Shown here: positions 33,829 to 47,909 of the stretch, in pieces
Layout of the letters: each line of letters starts with the position of its first letter
How positions within the stretch are numbered: position 1 is the first letter of the stretch
NCBI GenBank assembly: GCA_963767925.1
Contig: CAVYGB010000002.1
Coordinates: forward strand, 1,728,001 to 1,792,000
DNA from: an uncultured delta proteobacterium
GTDB taxonomy: Bacteria; Myxococcota_A; Polyangia; Fen-1088
Reading direction: 5' to 3'
Length of the DNA stretch: 64,000 bases
Notes under the pieces: generated by a model
Told to the model about the DNA's origin: nothing
Seen by the model: only the letters and a program-made list of their open reading frames with translations
Databases searched by the model: none
Translations under genes and position numbers: made by a program

Positions 33829-35010
33829 ATGCCGTTCGACCTCTATCCCGATCCGCCCGGCCGCGACCAGGGCGGCCGCGGGCGCCGCTCTATCGCGTCC
33901 GACCACGGCCACGGCGGCGATCCCGCAGTCGATCCGAGCGATCTGTTCGTCCCCCACATCGACCCCGAGCACGAGGAGGATCTGCTGGGCGGTGGCGGGC
34001 ACGGCCACAAGACCCTCGCCGCCACCGCCGCGCTCGCGCCAACCGGGGGCCACGACGAGGCGCTCGCCGTCTTCATCGCCAGCCAGGCCCGCGACTTCGG
34101 AGTGGCGCTGCAGGGCCACGCCCACCCGGCCCACCACGTCGCCATCCCGATCGAGGTGGCCCGCGAGGTCCACGCGCTCATGAGCAAGCTGGCCCCCGAC
34201 AACCCCGAGCAGGCGAGCGCCGTCGCCAAGCTGGCCGGCCTGCGCGACCGGCTGGGCAAGCGGGTGGGCGCCGCCGAAGATCCCGGCCCCTCCAACCTGC
34301 AGCGGAGCATCGCCCTGTACCGCCACCTGCGGGCGGGCTTCGACCGGATCGGGCCCGAGCGGATCCTCGACCGGGGGCTGACCTGGCCGGTCCCGGGTGG
34401 GCACGATCCCTCGGTGCGGGTGGCGGGCCTCGATCTCGAGACCTACTACCGGCGCCGGGCCGAGGCGACCCCCGAAGGCGGGGCCGACCGCTCCGCCCGG
34501 CGGCCCCACCTCCACCCCCAGGCCGAGGCGCCCATCGTGCGGCACGACCTGTCCGGGCTGTTCGAGGAGCTGGTGACCCTGCGCGACCGCAGCGCCGGTC
34601 GTATCGTCGCCCTCCACAACGACTGGCGGATGTGGCTCGCCTGGATCGATAGCGGCAACCCCATCCTCACCCTGCTCCGGATGAACGGGGCGCTGCTCGA
34701 TCCCGACCGGAGCAAGATCAAGGGCAGCGATACGCCCGAGCCGATCGAGGCCCACCGGGCCGAGCGGGTGTTCCTGCTGGTTGGCTACGAGCTCGACGGC
34801 AGCGTCGCCGAGCTCGCCCGGATCGTCCGCACCATCGCGCGCGGCGGGCAGTCCCACAAGGACGTCCCCATCCGCTACCGGCTGCGCAACCCCTGGGACG
34901 CGCAGTGGGGCGAGGGGGGGCACGCCTGGATCCAGCACCGGGAGCTGGCCCGCCACCTGCTCCGGGGCGCCGGCCTGCTCCTGCCCGAGAGCGGCCTGCC
35001 GGGCGCCTGA
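33829..35010 (+). CDS. His-rich protein with papain (C1A)-like motifs lacking catalytic residues
   Basis: RBS AAGGAGA, ATG 33829; FDLYPDPPGRDQG, VFLLVGY, RLRNPWDAQWGEGGHAWI; no Cys in the protein. Confidence 0.75.
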   Translation: MPFDLYPDPPGRDQGGRGRRSIASDHGHGGDPAVDPSDLFVPHIDPEHEEDLLGGGGHGHKTLAATAALAPTGGHDEALAVFIASQARDFGVALQGHAHPAHHVAIPIEVAREVHALMSKLAPDNPEQASAVAKLAGLRDRLGKRVGAAEDPGPSNLQRSIALYRHLRAGFDRIGPERILDRGLTWPVPGGHDPSVRVAGLDLETYYRRRAEATPEGGADRSARRPHLHPQAEAPIVRHDLSGLFEELVTLRDRSAGRIVALHNDWRMWLAWIDSGNPILTLLRMNGALLDPDRSKIKGSDTPEPIEAHRAERVFLLVGYELDGSVAELARIVRTIARGGQSHKDVPIRYRLRNPWDAQWGEGGHAWIQHRELARHLLRGAGLLLPESGLPGA

Positions 35011-35179
35011 GCGGGCCAGGGGCGAGGTAGGGGGCCGGCGCCCCTTTGCCGTACAGGCGGCGACAGGTGGCGGGGCCTGCCCGCGGGGGTCTTACCAGGC
35101 GGCCAGTTTTTACCTGGAACGGCGGCCCGGTAAGCTCAAGGGTGGGTGGTCCCCCTCCGAAGGAAGCCTGGGGGATCGC

Positions 35180-36676
35180 ATGCACGCTGCATCCGTACGT
35201 CCGCGACCGGCGAGCGAGATGTTCTTCGCCACCGCCCGGCGCAACCTGATCGGCAAGGCCTGGCTGCCGGCCGACAGCGGGCGCGAGCTGACGGTGTTCG
35301 ATCCCTCCACCGGCAGCGTCCTGATGACCACGCCCCACTCGGCCGCCGAGGACGTCGACCGGGCGGTCCAGGCCGCCCGCCGGGCCTTCGACCACGGCAC
35401 CTGGCCCCGCCTCACGCCCTATGAGCGCAGCCGCATCATCCTCAAGCTGGCCGATCTGATCGAGGCCAACCAGGAAGAGCTGGCTCAGATCGAGGCGGTC
35501 GACGCCGGCAAGCCCATCCTGCAGGCCCGCTACGTCGACGTGCCGCTGGCCCTGCACCAGTTCCATTTCTACGCCGGCCTGGTCACCAAGATCGGCGGCC
35601 GCACCATCACGCCGTCCTGTCCCTACATGCCCGGGACAACCTTCCACGCCTACACCGCGCGCGAGCCGGTCGGGGTTGTAGGGCTCATCACCCCCTTCAA
35701 CTTCCCGCTGCTGCTGGGCGCGATGAAGATTGCCCCCGCCCTGGCCGCCGGCTGCACCATGGTGCTCAAGCCCGACGAGCGGGCGCCGGGCTCGCTGCTC
35801 CGGCTGGCCGAGCTGGCCCTGGCGGCCGGCGTGCCCGAGGGGGTGATCAACGTCGTCACCGGTCCGGGCGAGACGGGCGCCGCCCTCGCCGCCCACGAGC
35901 AGGTCGACAAGATCGCCTTCACCGGGTCGATCGAGGCGGGCAAGGCGGTCCTGCGGGCGGCCGCCGGCAACCTCAAGAAGGTCTCCCTCGAGCTGGGCGG
36001 CAACTCGCCCAACGTGATCTTCCGCGACGCCGACCTGGCCCGGGCCATCCCCGGCGCGGGGGCCGCCGCCTACACCAACGCGGGCGAGTGCTGCGTGGCG
36101 GGGGCCCGGCTCTACATCGAGGACGCGGTCTACGACCAGGTGATCGAGGGGCTGGTGGGCTACGCCCGCGGCCTGAAGATCGGGCCCGCGCTCGACGAGA
36201 GCACCCAGCTCGGGCCGCTCATCACCAAGGAGCACGTGGCCCGGGTGATGGGCTACCTCGAGGGGGCGCGCGGCGACGGCGCCCGCATCCCCTACGGGGG
36301 CCACAAGGTGGCCCGCGAGGGGTATTTCCTGGAGCCGACGGTGGTGACCGACGCGCCCCCGGCCAGCCGGTTCATGGCCGAGGAGGTGTTCGGGCCGGTG
36401 GCCAAGGTGGTGCGCTTCTCCAGCCTGGCCGAGGTGGTGGCCCGGGCCAACGACTCGCCCTTCGGGCTGGCGGCGGCGGTCTGGACCCAGGACGTCAGCA
36501 AGGCCCACCGGGTGGCGGCCGCCCTGAAGGCGGGGACGGTCTGGGTCAACTGCTACAACGTGTTCGACACCGCCCTGCCGTTCGGGGGCTACAAGCAGTC
36601 GGGCTGGGCGCGCGAGAGCTGCCCGGAGGCGCTCAATCTCTACACCGAGACGAAGACCGTCTGTCTGGCCCTGTGA
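35180..36676 (+). CDS. NAD(P)-dependent aldehyde dehydrogenase
   Basis: REPVGVVGLITPFNFP, FTGS, LELGGNSP, GECCVAG, EEVFGPV, PFGGYKQSG; start set at ATG 35180. Confidence 0.95.
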   Translation: MHAASVRPRPASEMFFATARRNLIGKAWLPADSGRELTVFDPSTGSVLMTTPHSAAEDVDRAVQAARRAFDHGTWPRLTPYERSRIILKLADLIEANQEELAQIEAVDAGKPILQARYVDVPLALHQFHFYAGLVTKIGGRTITPSCPYMPGTTFHAYTAREPVGVVGLITPFNFPLLLGAMKIAPALAAGCTMVLKPDERAPGSLLRLAELALAAGVPEGVINVVTGPGETGAALAAHEQVDKIAFTGSIEAGKAVLRAAAGNLKKVSLELGGNSPNVIFRDADLARAIPGAGAAAYTNAGECCVAGARLYIEDAVYDQVIEGLVGYARGLKIGPALDESTQLGPLITKEHVARVMGYLEGARGDGARIPYGGHKVAREGYFLEPTVVTDAPPASRFMAEEVFGPVAKVVRFSSLAEVVARANDSPFGLAAAVWTQDVSKAHRVAAALKAGTVWVNCYNVFDTALPFGGYKQSGWARESCPEALNLYTETKTVCLAL

Positions 36677-36747
36677 GCGCCAGGTCGGGGGCCCGGCGGC
36701 GCCAGGAGCAACCGACGTGGGGGCGAGCGGGCGGCCGATGACCGAAC

Positions 36748-42033
<5,286 letters not shown>

Positions 42034-42078
42034 CAGAGCGGGCTTGGCGCCGGCGGGCCCGGCGGGCAAGCTTGCCAG

Positions 42079-43560
42079 GTGGCGCGCGTCCTCTTTGCCC
42101 ATGGGCACCTGCTTCGTTACGACGCGAAGCAGTTCGCCATCGGCAAGCCCTATCCTCCTCTGGCGACGCTGTTCGCCGCGGCCCACCTGCGCGCGCAGGG
42201 GCACGATGCGGCGCTTTACGATCCCATGCTGGACGAGGATCTGGGCGGGTTCGCCGCGGCCCTCGATCGGCACCGCCCCGAGGTGGTGGTGCTGTACGAC
42301 GACTCGTTCAACTGGTTCACCAAGATGTGCCTGCAGCGGATGCGGGAGGCGGCCCGCGACCTGGTGGCGCAGGCCCGGGCCCGCGGGCTGCCGGTGGTGG
42401 TGGCCGGGCACGACGCCGCCGACGATCCCGAGACTTACCTGGCGGCGGGGGCCAGCTTCGTCATCGCGGGCGAGGGGGAGATCACCCTCGGGGAGCTGTT
42501 GCAGCGGGCCCGCGAGCGGGGGCTAGGTGTCGCCGAGCTCGGGGAGGCGGCCCTCGACATCCCCGGGCTCGTGTTTCGCCAGCGGGGGTTCGTCCGGCGC
42601 ACGGGCAAGCGCAAGCTGCTGCAGGACCTCGACAGTCTGCCCCTGCCGGCCTGGGACCTGGTCGACGTCGATCGGTACCGGCGCTTCTGGCGCGGGCGGC
42701 ACGGCTACTTCTCGCTCAACGTCGTCACAACCCGCGGCTGCCCGTACCTGTGCAACTGGTGCGCGAAGCCGGTCTACGGCAACACGTACCACAGCCGCTC
42801 GCCGGACAACGTGCTGGCCGAGATCGCGCTGCTGCGCGAGCGTTACGCGCCCGATCACCTGTGGTTCTGCGACGACATCCTCGGCCTGAAGACGCGCTGG
42901 CTGGTCCCCTTCGCCGAGGGGATGGCCAGCCGGGGCCTGGCCATGCCTTTCCTCTGCCAGACCCGGGTCGATCTCATGAACCCGGACAACGTGGCGGCGC
43001 TGCACCGGGCCGGCTGCGCCGAGGCCTGGCTGGGGGCCGAGTCGGGCGCCCAGGAGGTGCTCGATGCCATGGACAAGGGGATCCGGGTCGAGCAGACGCG
43101 CGAGGCGGTGCGCCGGCTGCAGGCCCACGGCATCCGGGTGGGGATGTTCCTGCAGTTCGGGTATCCCGGCGAGGGCTGGCCGGAGATCGAGGCGACCCGC
43201 GCCCTGGTGCGCGAGCTGCTGCCCGACGACATCGGCATCTCGGTCAGCTACCCCCTGCCCGGCACGGTGTTTCACGAGCGGGTCAAGGCCGAGCTGGGCG
43301 ACAAGCGCAACTGGCGCGAGAGCGACGACCTCGATCCCCTGGTCAAGAGCGCGTTTTCGCGGGCCTTCTATCAGACGCTCGCCCGCGCTGTGCACGCCGA
43401 GCTGCGCGTGCGGCGGGGGGCGCGGGCGCTCCGCGGCCTGCTGGGCGACCCCCTCGGGCTCGACGCCGGGCGGCTGCGGGCCGCGGCGGATCTGCGTCAA
43501 ACGCCGCGCTGGCTTGTGGATCGCCTGCGCCTTGCGGCAGCGCGCTGGAATCTGGTTTGA
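42079..43560 (+). CDS. Cobalamin-binding radical SAM protein
   Basis: PYPPLATLFAAAHL, AGEGE, RGCPYLCNWC, FCDDI, GAESGAQ, FGYPGE. Confidence 0.93.
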   Translation: MARVLFAHGHLLRYDAKQFAIGKPYPPLATLFAAAHLRAQGHDAALYDPMLDEDLGGFAAALDRHRPEVVVLYDDSFNWFTKMCLQRMREAARDLVAQARARGLPVVVAGHDAADDPETYLAAGASFVIAGEGEITLGELLQRARERGLGVAELGEAALDIPGLVFRQRGFVRRTGKRKLLQDLDSLPLPAWDLVDVDRYRRFWRGRHGYFSLNVVTTRGCPYLCNWCAKPVYGNTYHSRSPDNVLAEIALLRERYAPDHLWFCDDILGLKTRWLVPFAEGMASRGLAMPFLCQTRVDLMNPDNVAALHRAGCAEAWLGAESGAQEVLDAMDKGIRVEQTREAVRRLQAHGIRVGMFLQFGYPGEGWPEIEATRALVRELLPDDIGISVSYPLPGTVFHERVKAELGDKRNWRESDDLDPLVKSAFSRAFYQTLARAVHAELRVRRGARALRGLLGDPLGLDAGRLRAAADLRQTPRWLVDRLRLAAARWNLV

Positions 43561-43618
43561 CCCCGCCCGCGATCCGGCATACTGTTTTCCTTCAACCGTC
43601 ACCCCTTAGGAGCCGCCG

Positions 43619-43774
43619 ATGTTCCGACGAATCCCGAACTTCGTACTCTGGATCCTGCTCGCCTTCACGGTGGCCGCGGTGCCGGTGGCCTGCATCCCCG
43701 AGGACGAGGTCGACTCCGACGCCGGTCGCCGCGACTCCGGTCTCACTCCGCCGATCACGATGACCGGGAGCTAG
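43619..43774 (+). CDS. Small lipoprotein (51 aa)
   Basis: Below the ORF-track size cutoff. RBS AGGAG at 43608; MFRRIPNFVLWILLAFTVAAVPVACIPEDEVDSDAGRRDSGLTPPITMTGS. Confidence 0.65.
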   Translation: MFRRIPNFVLWILLAFTVAAVPVACIPEDEVDSDAGRRDSGLTPPITMTGS

Positions 43775-43803
43775 CCGGGCGGCGAGCAACGCGCTCGCCC
43801 CGG

Positions 43804-45735
43804 TTACCGCTTCTCCCGCTCTCGCTCCTGTAGCAGCTCCCGCGCCGACCCGGCTGTGTCGCTCCCCGCGACCGCCGGGTCGATCAGCATCTGGAGGCGC
43901 CGCCAGGCCGTCTCGGCCTCGGCCCGCGCGCCCAGGGCTTCCGCCGCGCGCGCCTCCGTCGCCAGCGCCAGCGGGTAGTCCGCCAGCAGCGCGAGCGCCC
44001 GGCGAGCGCTGTCCCGGGCGGCGCTCGGTTCGCGTGCGGCGAGCTGGGCCACCGCGAGCATCGTCCAGGCGTTGGGCGACCAGGGCTCGACGGCGAGCGC
44101 GCGCCGGGCGGCCGCGGCCGCCTCGGCCGGGCGGTCCTGTCGGAGCAGGGCCAGGGCCAGCCGCAGCTCGATGCGAAAGCCCGCCGGGGTGGCGGCGCGG
44201 GCGCGTTCGAGGTGGGGCAGCGCCCGCGCGGCTGCTTCCGCGGGCGCGCCGCCGCGGAGGGCGCGCTCGGCCCGGCCCAGCTCGTAGCTGCCCCGCACCT
44301 GCCGCTCCGCCCGCAGCACCGCGATCGGCACCAGCAGGGCGCCCAGCACCAGGACCGCCGGGCCGAGCAGCGACGGCGTGCCGGGATACGCGGGGGGCGC
44401 CAGAGCGGGGACGTCCGATCCGGCGCGCGCGGTGGATGGATTCGCCCCCGGTGTCGCCGCGCCCACCAGGCCGAGCGCCAGGCCGGCGAGGGCCAGGGTG
44501 GCTGGCATCTCGAGGGGAAAGCCGGTCAACCCCGCGCCGGCCAGGGCGGCCAGCGCGGCGGCGGCGGCGGCGGTGGACGCGCGCACCTCGGGCTCGGGGC
44601 TGCGCAGGCGCCGCCGGGTCGACACGACCGCGCCGGCGGCCAGGGCCAGCAGAGCGGCCAGGCCGACAAGGCCGGTCTCGGCCGCGCGCTCGAGCAGATC
44701 GTCGTGCGCCTGCCGGGGGGCCAGCGACGGCGTCAGCACCTGGTCGGCGGTGGCGCCGGGCTCGGCGTGGCGGGGGAAGAAGACCGGCCAGTTGCCGGGG
44801 CCGACGCCCCACACCGGGTGGGCCTGCCACATGGCCAGCGTGCGCGTCCACAGCCCCAGCCGCGAGCGCAGGGCGACCGACTGCGGATCCAAGCTCGCCC
44901 GGGCGACGGCCAGCGCGCTGCCGAAGCGCTTCTCGTCGTGCACGTGCTGGGGGTTGAGGGCGCCCGGCACGATCGCCGCCGCCGCGGCCGCCAGCGCGCC
45001 CAGCAGCCCCAGCGCGGCCGCCCGGCGCGAGAGCTGGGGCCGGGCCAGGAGCAGCCAGGTGAGCAGGCCGGCGAGCGCGCCCAGCCAGGCTCCGCGCGCG
45101 CGGGTGGCGCCGAGATAAGCGAGCTGCAGGGCCAGCCCGGCCAGCAGCGCCGCCCTGACCGCGGGCGGCCGCCGCGCGCGCCGGGCCCCGGCCAGCAGGG
45201 CCAGGGCGAAGGGCAGGCTCATCGCCACCAGCTCCGCCGCCAGGTTGCGGTTGCCGAAGGTGGCGCCCGGGGCGCTGATGACCGGGATCGGCAGGGGCGT
45301 CAGGTCGAGGTGTTGCCACAGCCCGATGGCGCTGACCGCGGCGGCGGCGGCGACGACCGTCTCGGGCAGGGCCCGCCGCCGGGCTGGATCCGCGGCCAGC
45401 ACCGCCGCGCCGGCGGCCAGCCCGAACAGGGCCACCCAGCGGGCGAAGGCGGCGCCGGCGTGGGGGGCGCCGGCCGGGCCGGCGGCGGCGACCAGCCAGG
45501 CCGCCGCCGTCGACGCCAGCACCAGGGCCGCGCCCAGCGCCACCGGCCGGGCCAGCGCCGGCCCGCCGCCCCGCCGCAGGTGCAGGCCCAGGGCCAGGAA
45601 CCCGGCCAGCGCGGTCAGCTCGAGCAGGGCGAGCTTGGGCACCACGAAGGGGGCCTCCAGGGCGCGCACGAACAGCAGCGGCACCCCCAGGGCCGCGGCG
45701 CAGGTGGCGCCGGCCGCCAGGGCCCCCGGGCTCAC
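43804..45735 (-). CDS. O-antigen ligase (Wzy_C)-family membrane protein with C-terminal TPR-like region
   Basis: GTG 45735 overlaps the upstream stop; TFGNRN, TRARGAWLG, RLGLW...PVWGVGPGNW, AHDDLLERAAETGLVG. Confidence 0.88.
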   Translation of the reverse strand: MSPGALAAGATCAAALGVPLLFVRALEAPFVVPKLALLELTALAGFLALGLHLRRGGGPALARPVALGAALVLASTAAAWLVAAAGPAGAPHAGAAFARWVALFGLAAGAAVLAADPARRRALPETVVAAAAAVSAIGLWQHLDLTPLPIPVISAPGATFGNRNLAAELVAMSLPFALALLAGARRARRPPAVRAALLAGLALQLAYLGATRARGAWLGALAGLLTWLLLARPQLSRRAAALGLLGALAAAAAAIVPGALNPQHVHDEKRFGSALAVARASLDPQSVALRSRLGLWTRTLAMWQAHPVWGVGPGNWPVFFPRHAEPGATADQVLTPSLAPRQAHDDLLERAAETGLVGLAALLALAAGAVVSTRRRLRSPEPEVRASTAAAAAALAALAGAGLTGFPLEMPATLALAGLALGLVGAATPGANPSTARAGSDVPALAPPAYPGTPSLLGPAVLVLGALLVPIAVLRAERQVRGSYELGRAERALRGGAPAEAAARALPHLERARAATPAGFRIELRLALALLRQDRPAEAAAAARRALAVEPWSPNAWTMLAVAQLAAREPSAARDSARRALALLADYPLALATEARAAEALGARAEAETAWRRLQMLIDPAVAGSDTAGSARELLQEREREKR

Positions 45736-47855
45736 GACCCGGCAGCGGGCGCGTCGGACCTCTTGCGCTCGCCCTCGATGCGCTCGCGCAGGAGATCGAG
45801 CCGCCGGGCGAACCAATCCAGGATGCGGCGGCGGTAGTCCGACAGGTGCAGCTTGAGGATGCCGTCGGACAGCACCACGTCGGGCCGGCGGGCGCGGGCG
45901 GCCCGGCGGCGCAGGTGCAGGCGCCAGCAGAAGCGGAACAGCCGCTCGAGCGGGGAGGCCACCGGCCACAGGGCCAGCTCGCCCAGCCGCTGCAGCAGCG
46001 GGCGGTCCACCGTCGAGCCGGCGGGCGTCTCGGCCGGGCGGAAGCCGGGGAAGAGGTCCTCCACCCAGGGCTGGTTGGCCCGGCAGAAGGCCTGGTAGGT
46101 CTCCTCGCCGCTGATCGGGCGGGCCGATACGAGCTGGTGGGCGGTGAAAAGGTCGTGGTGGTAAGCGATCTGCAGCTCGCCCTCGTCGACAAGGTAGTTG
46201 GGGCAGACGATGCCCCGGGTGCGGGTCAGCCGGGTGGCGGCGAACAGCAGGGCGTAGACCGTGAAGGCGTGCTTGCGGGCGGTGATGACGAACAGGTCGA
46301 TGTCCGGCTTGGCGCCCGGGTTCTGGTGGGCGGTCCCGCCGGAGAAGGCGAGCATCCGCACGAAGGGCAGGGCGGCCAGCAGCCCGAGGGTGCGCTGGTG
46401 GCGCTCGATGAGCGACGAGGTGCGGCTGACGCCCTCCTGGCGGCGGGCGATCAGCTCCTCGCGATCGGCGAGCACGAGCTGGCCGCTGGGATGCAAGGTC
46501 AGGTGGTCGGCCAGCTCGGGCGAGCGGGCCAGCCGGATCACCTCGTCCTCCTCGAGGACGGCGCTGATGCAGGCCCGGGCGGCGTCCTCGACCGAGAGGG
46601 GCGCCTGGAACAGATCGGCGTAGGCCACCGTCGCCAGCAGGGCCCACTGCCGGGCGTCGATCCCGCGGGGCGGCCGCCCCAGGGGGAAGGTCGGCGAGGA
46701 GACGTCGGTGACCTCGGCGGCGGCGGCGGTCGGACGGGGACCGCGCAGCCGGGAGGCCCCGGTCTCGCGGGCCAGGCGCCACAGCTTCTCGGCGGTGCGG
46801 GTCCAGGAGAAGGCCCGGGCCCGCTGGCGGCCGCGCTCGCGCGCCAGCCGGGCCGCCTCGGGGTTCGAGAGCAGGCCGGCGATGGCGGCGGCGAGCTGCT
46901 CGGGCTCACCCGGCGGCACCAGGTGGGCGGCGTCGCCCGCCACCTCCCGCAGCGCGGGCACGTCCGAGGCGACCACCGGGGCGCCGCAGGCCATCGCCTC
47001 GAGCACCGGCAGGCCGAAGCCCTCCAGGCGCGAGGGGTAGACGAACAGCTCGGCCCCCGCGTAGAGGGCCACCAGGTCGCGCTCGCCCACGTAGCCCAGC
47101 CAGCGCACGCGCCCGAGGGCCTGGCGGGCGCCGAGCGCGCGCACGAGGCTCCGGTCTTGCCAGCCGCGGCCGCCCACCACCACGAGGTCGAGGTCGGGGC
47201 GGTCTTTCAGCCGATCGAAGGAGTCGAGCAGGGTGAGCAGGTTCTTGCGCGGCTCGAGGGTGCCGACGGTGAGCACGTAGGGCCGTTCGAGCTGGTGGGT
47301 GCGGCGCACGGCGGCCACCGCCTCGGCGGGGATGTCGCCGCAGAAGGGGTGGGCGGCCCCGGGCAGCAGGGCGATCCGCTCGGGCGGGATGCCCAGCAGC
47401 TCGACGATGTCCTTCTGCGAGGCCTGCGAGACGGTGGCGATCATCGCGGCGGCGTCGACCGACCGCCGCAGCAGGGGGCGCATCAGCAGCCGCTTGCGCA
47501 CGGTGAACAGCTCGGGCATGCGCAGCAGGGCCAGGTCGTGCACGAAGCTGATGGTCGGGCAGGGGGAGGCGAGCGGGACGATGTAGTTGGGGAAGGCGGC
47601 CACGTCGGCCCCGCAGGCGTCGAGCAGGCGGGGGGCGTCGACCTGCATCCAGGCGGCCCGGATCCGGTTGCCCTCGACCCGCAGGTGGGGCGCCCAGCGC
47701 TGGGCCAGCTCGGGGTCGGGCGCCCGGTTCGACAGCAGGACCAGCTCGTCCTCGGGGGGGCGGGTGGCCAGCAGGGCGTCCACCAGGTGCTCGGTGTAGT
47801 AGCCGATGCCGGTGCGCAGGGCGGTGCAGGTTGTGACTTCGACGGCTAATCGCAA
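45732..47855 (-). CDS. GT4 glycosyltransferase fused to a nucleotidyltransferase-like domain
   Basis: TGIGYY, VHDL, VGTLEPRKN, EGFGLPVLEAMACG; C-terminal domain LAFSGG...PDIDLFVIT...CPNYLVDE. Confidence 0.88.
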   Translation of the reverse strand: MRLAVEVTTCTALRTGIGYYTEHLVDALLATRPPEDELVLLSNRAPDPELAQRWAPHLRVEGNRIRAAWMQVDAPRLLDACGADVAAFPNYIVPLASPCPTISFVHDLALLRMPELFTVRKRLLMRPLLRRSVDAAAMIATVSQASQKDIVELLGIPPERIALLPGAAHPFCGDIPAEAVAAVRRTHQLERPYVLTVGTLEPRKNLLTLLDSFDRLKDRPDLDLVVVGGRGWQDRSLVRALGARQALGRVRWLGYVGERDLVALYAGAELFVYPSRLEGFGLPVLEAMACGAPVVASDVPALREVAGDAAHLVPPGEPEQLAAAIAGLLSNPEAARLARERGRQRARAFSWTRTAEKLWRLARETGASRLRGPRPTAAAAEVTDVSSPTFPLGRPPRGIDARQWALLATVAYADLFQAPLSVEDAARACISAVLEEDEVIRLARSPELADHLTLHPSGQLVLADREELIARRQEGVSRTSSLIERHQRTLGLLAALPFVRMLAFSGGTAHQNPGAKPDIDLFVITARKHAFTVYALLFAATRLTRTRGIVCPNYLVDEGELQIAYHHDLFTAHQLVSARPISGEETYQAFCRANQPWVEDLFPGFRPAETPAGSTVDRPLLQRLGELALWPVASPLERLFRFCWRLHLRRRAARARRPDVVLSDGILKLHLSDYRRRILDWFARRLDLLRERIEGERKRSDAPAAGS

Positions 47856-47909
47856 GGGGATATGACTCGACGGGAATCGCGCTCGCGCGGCTCATGCATA
47901 ATCGGCTGC

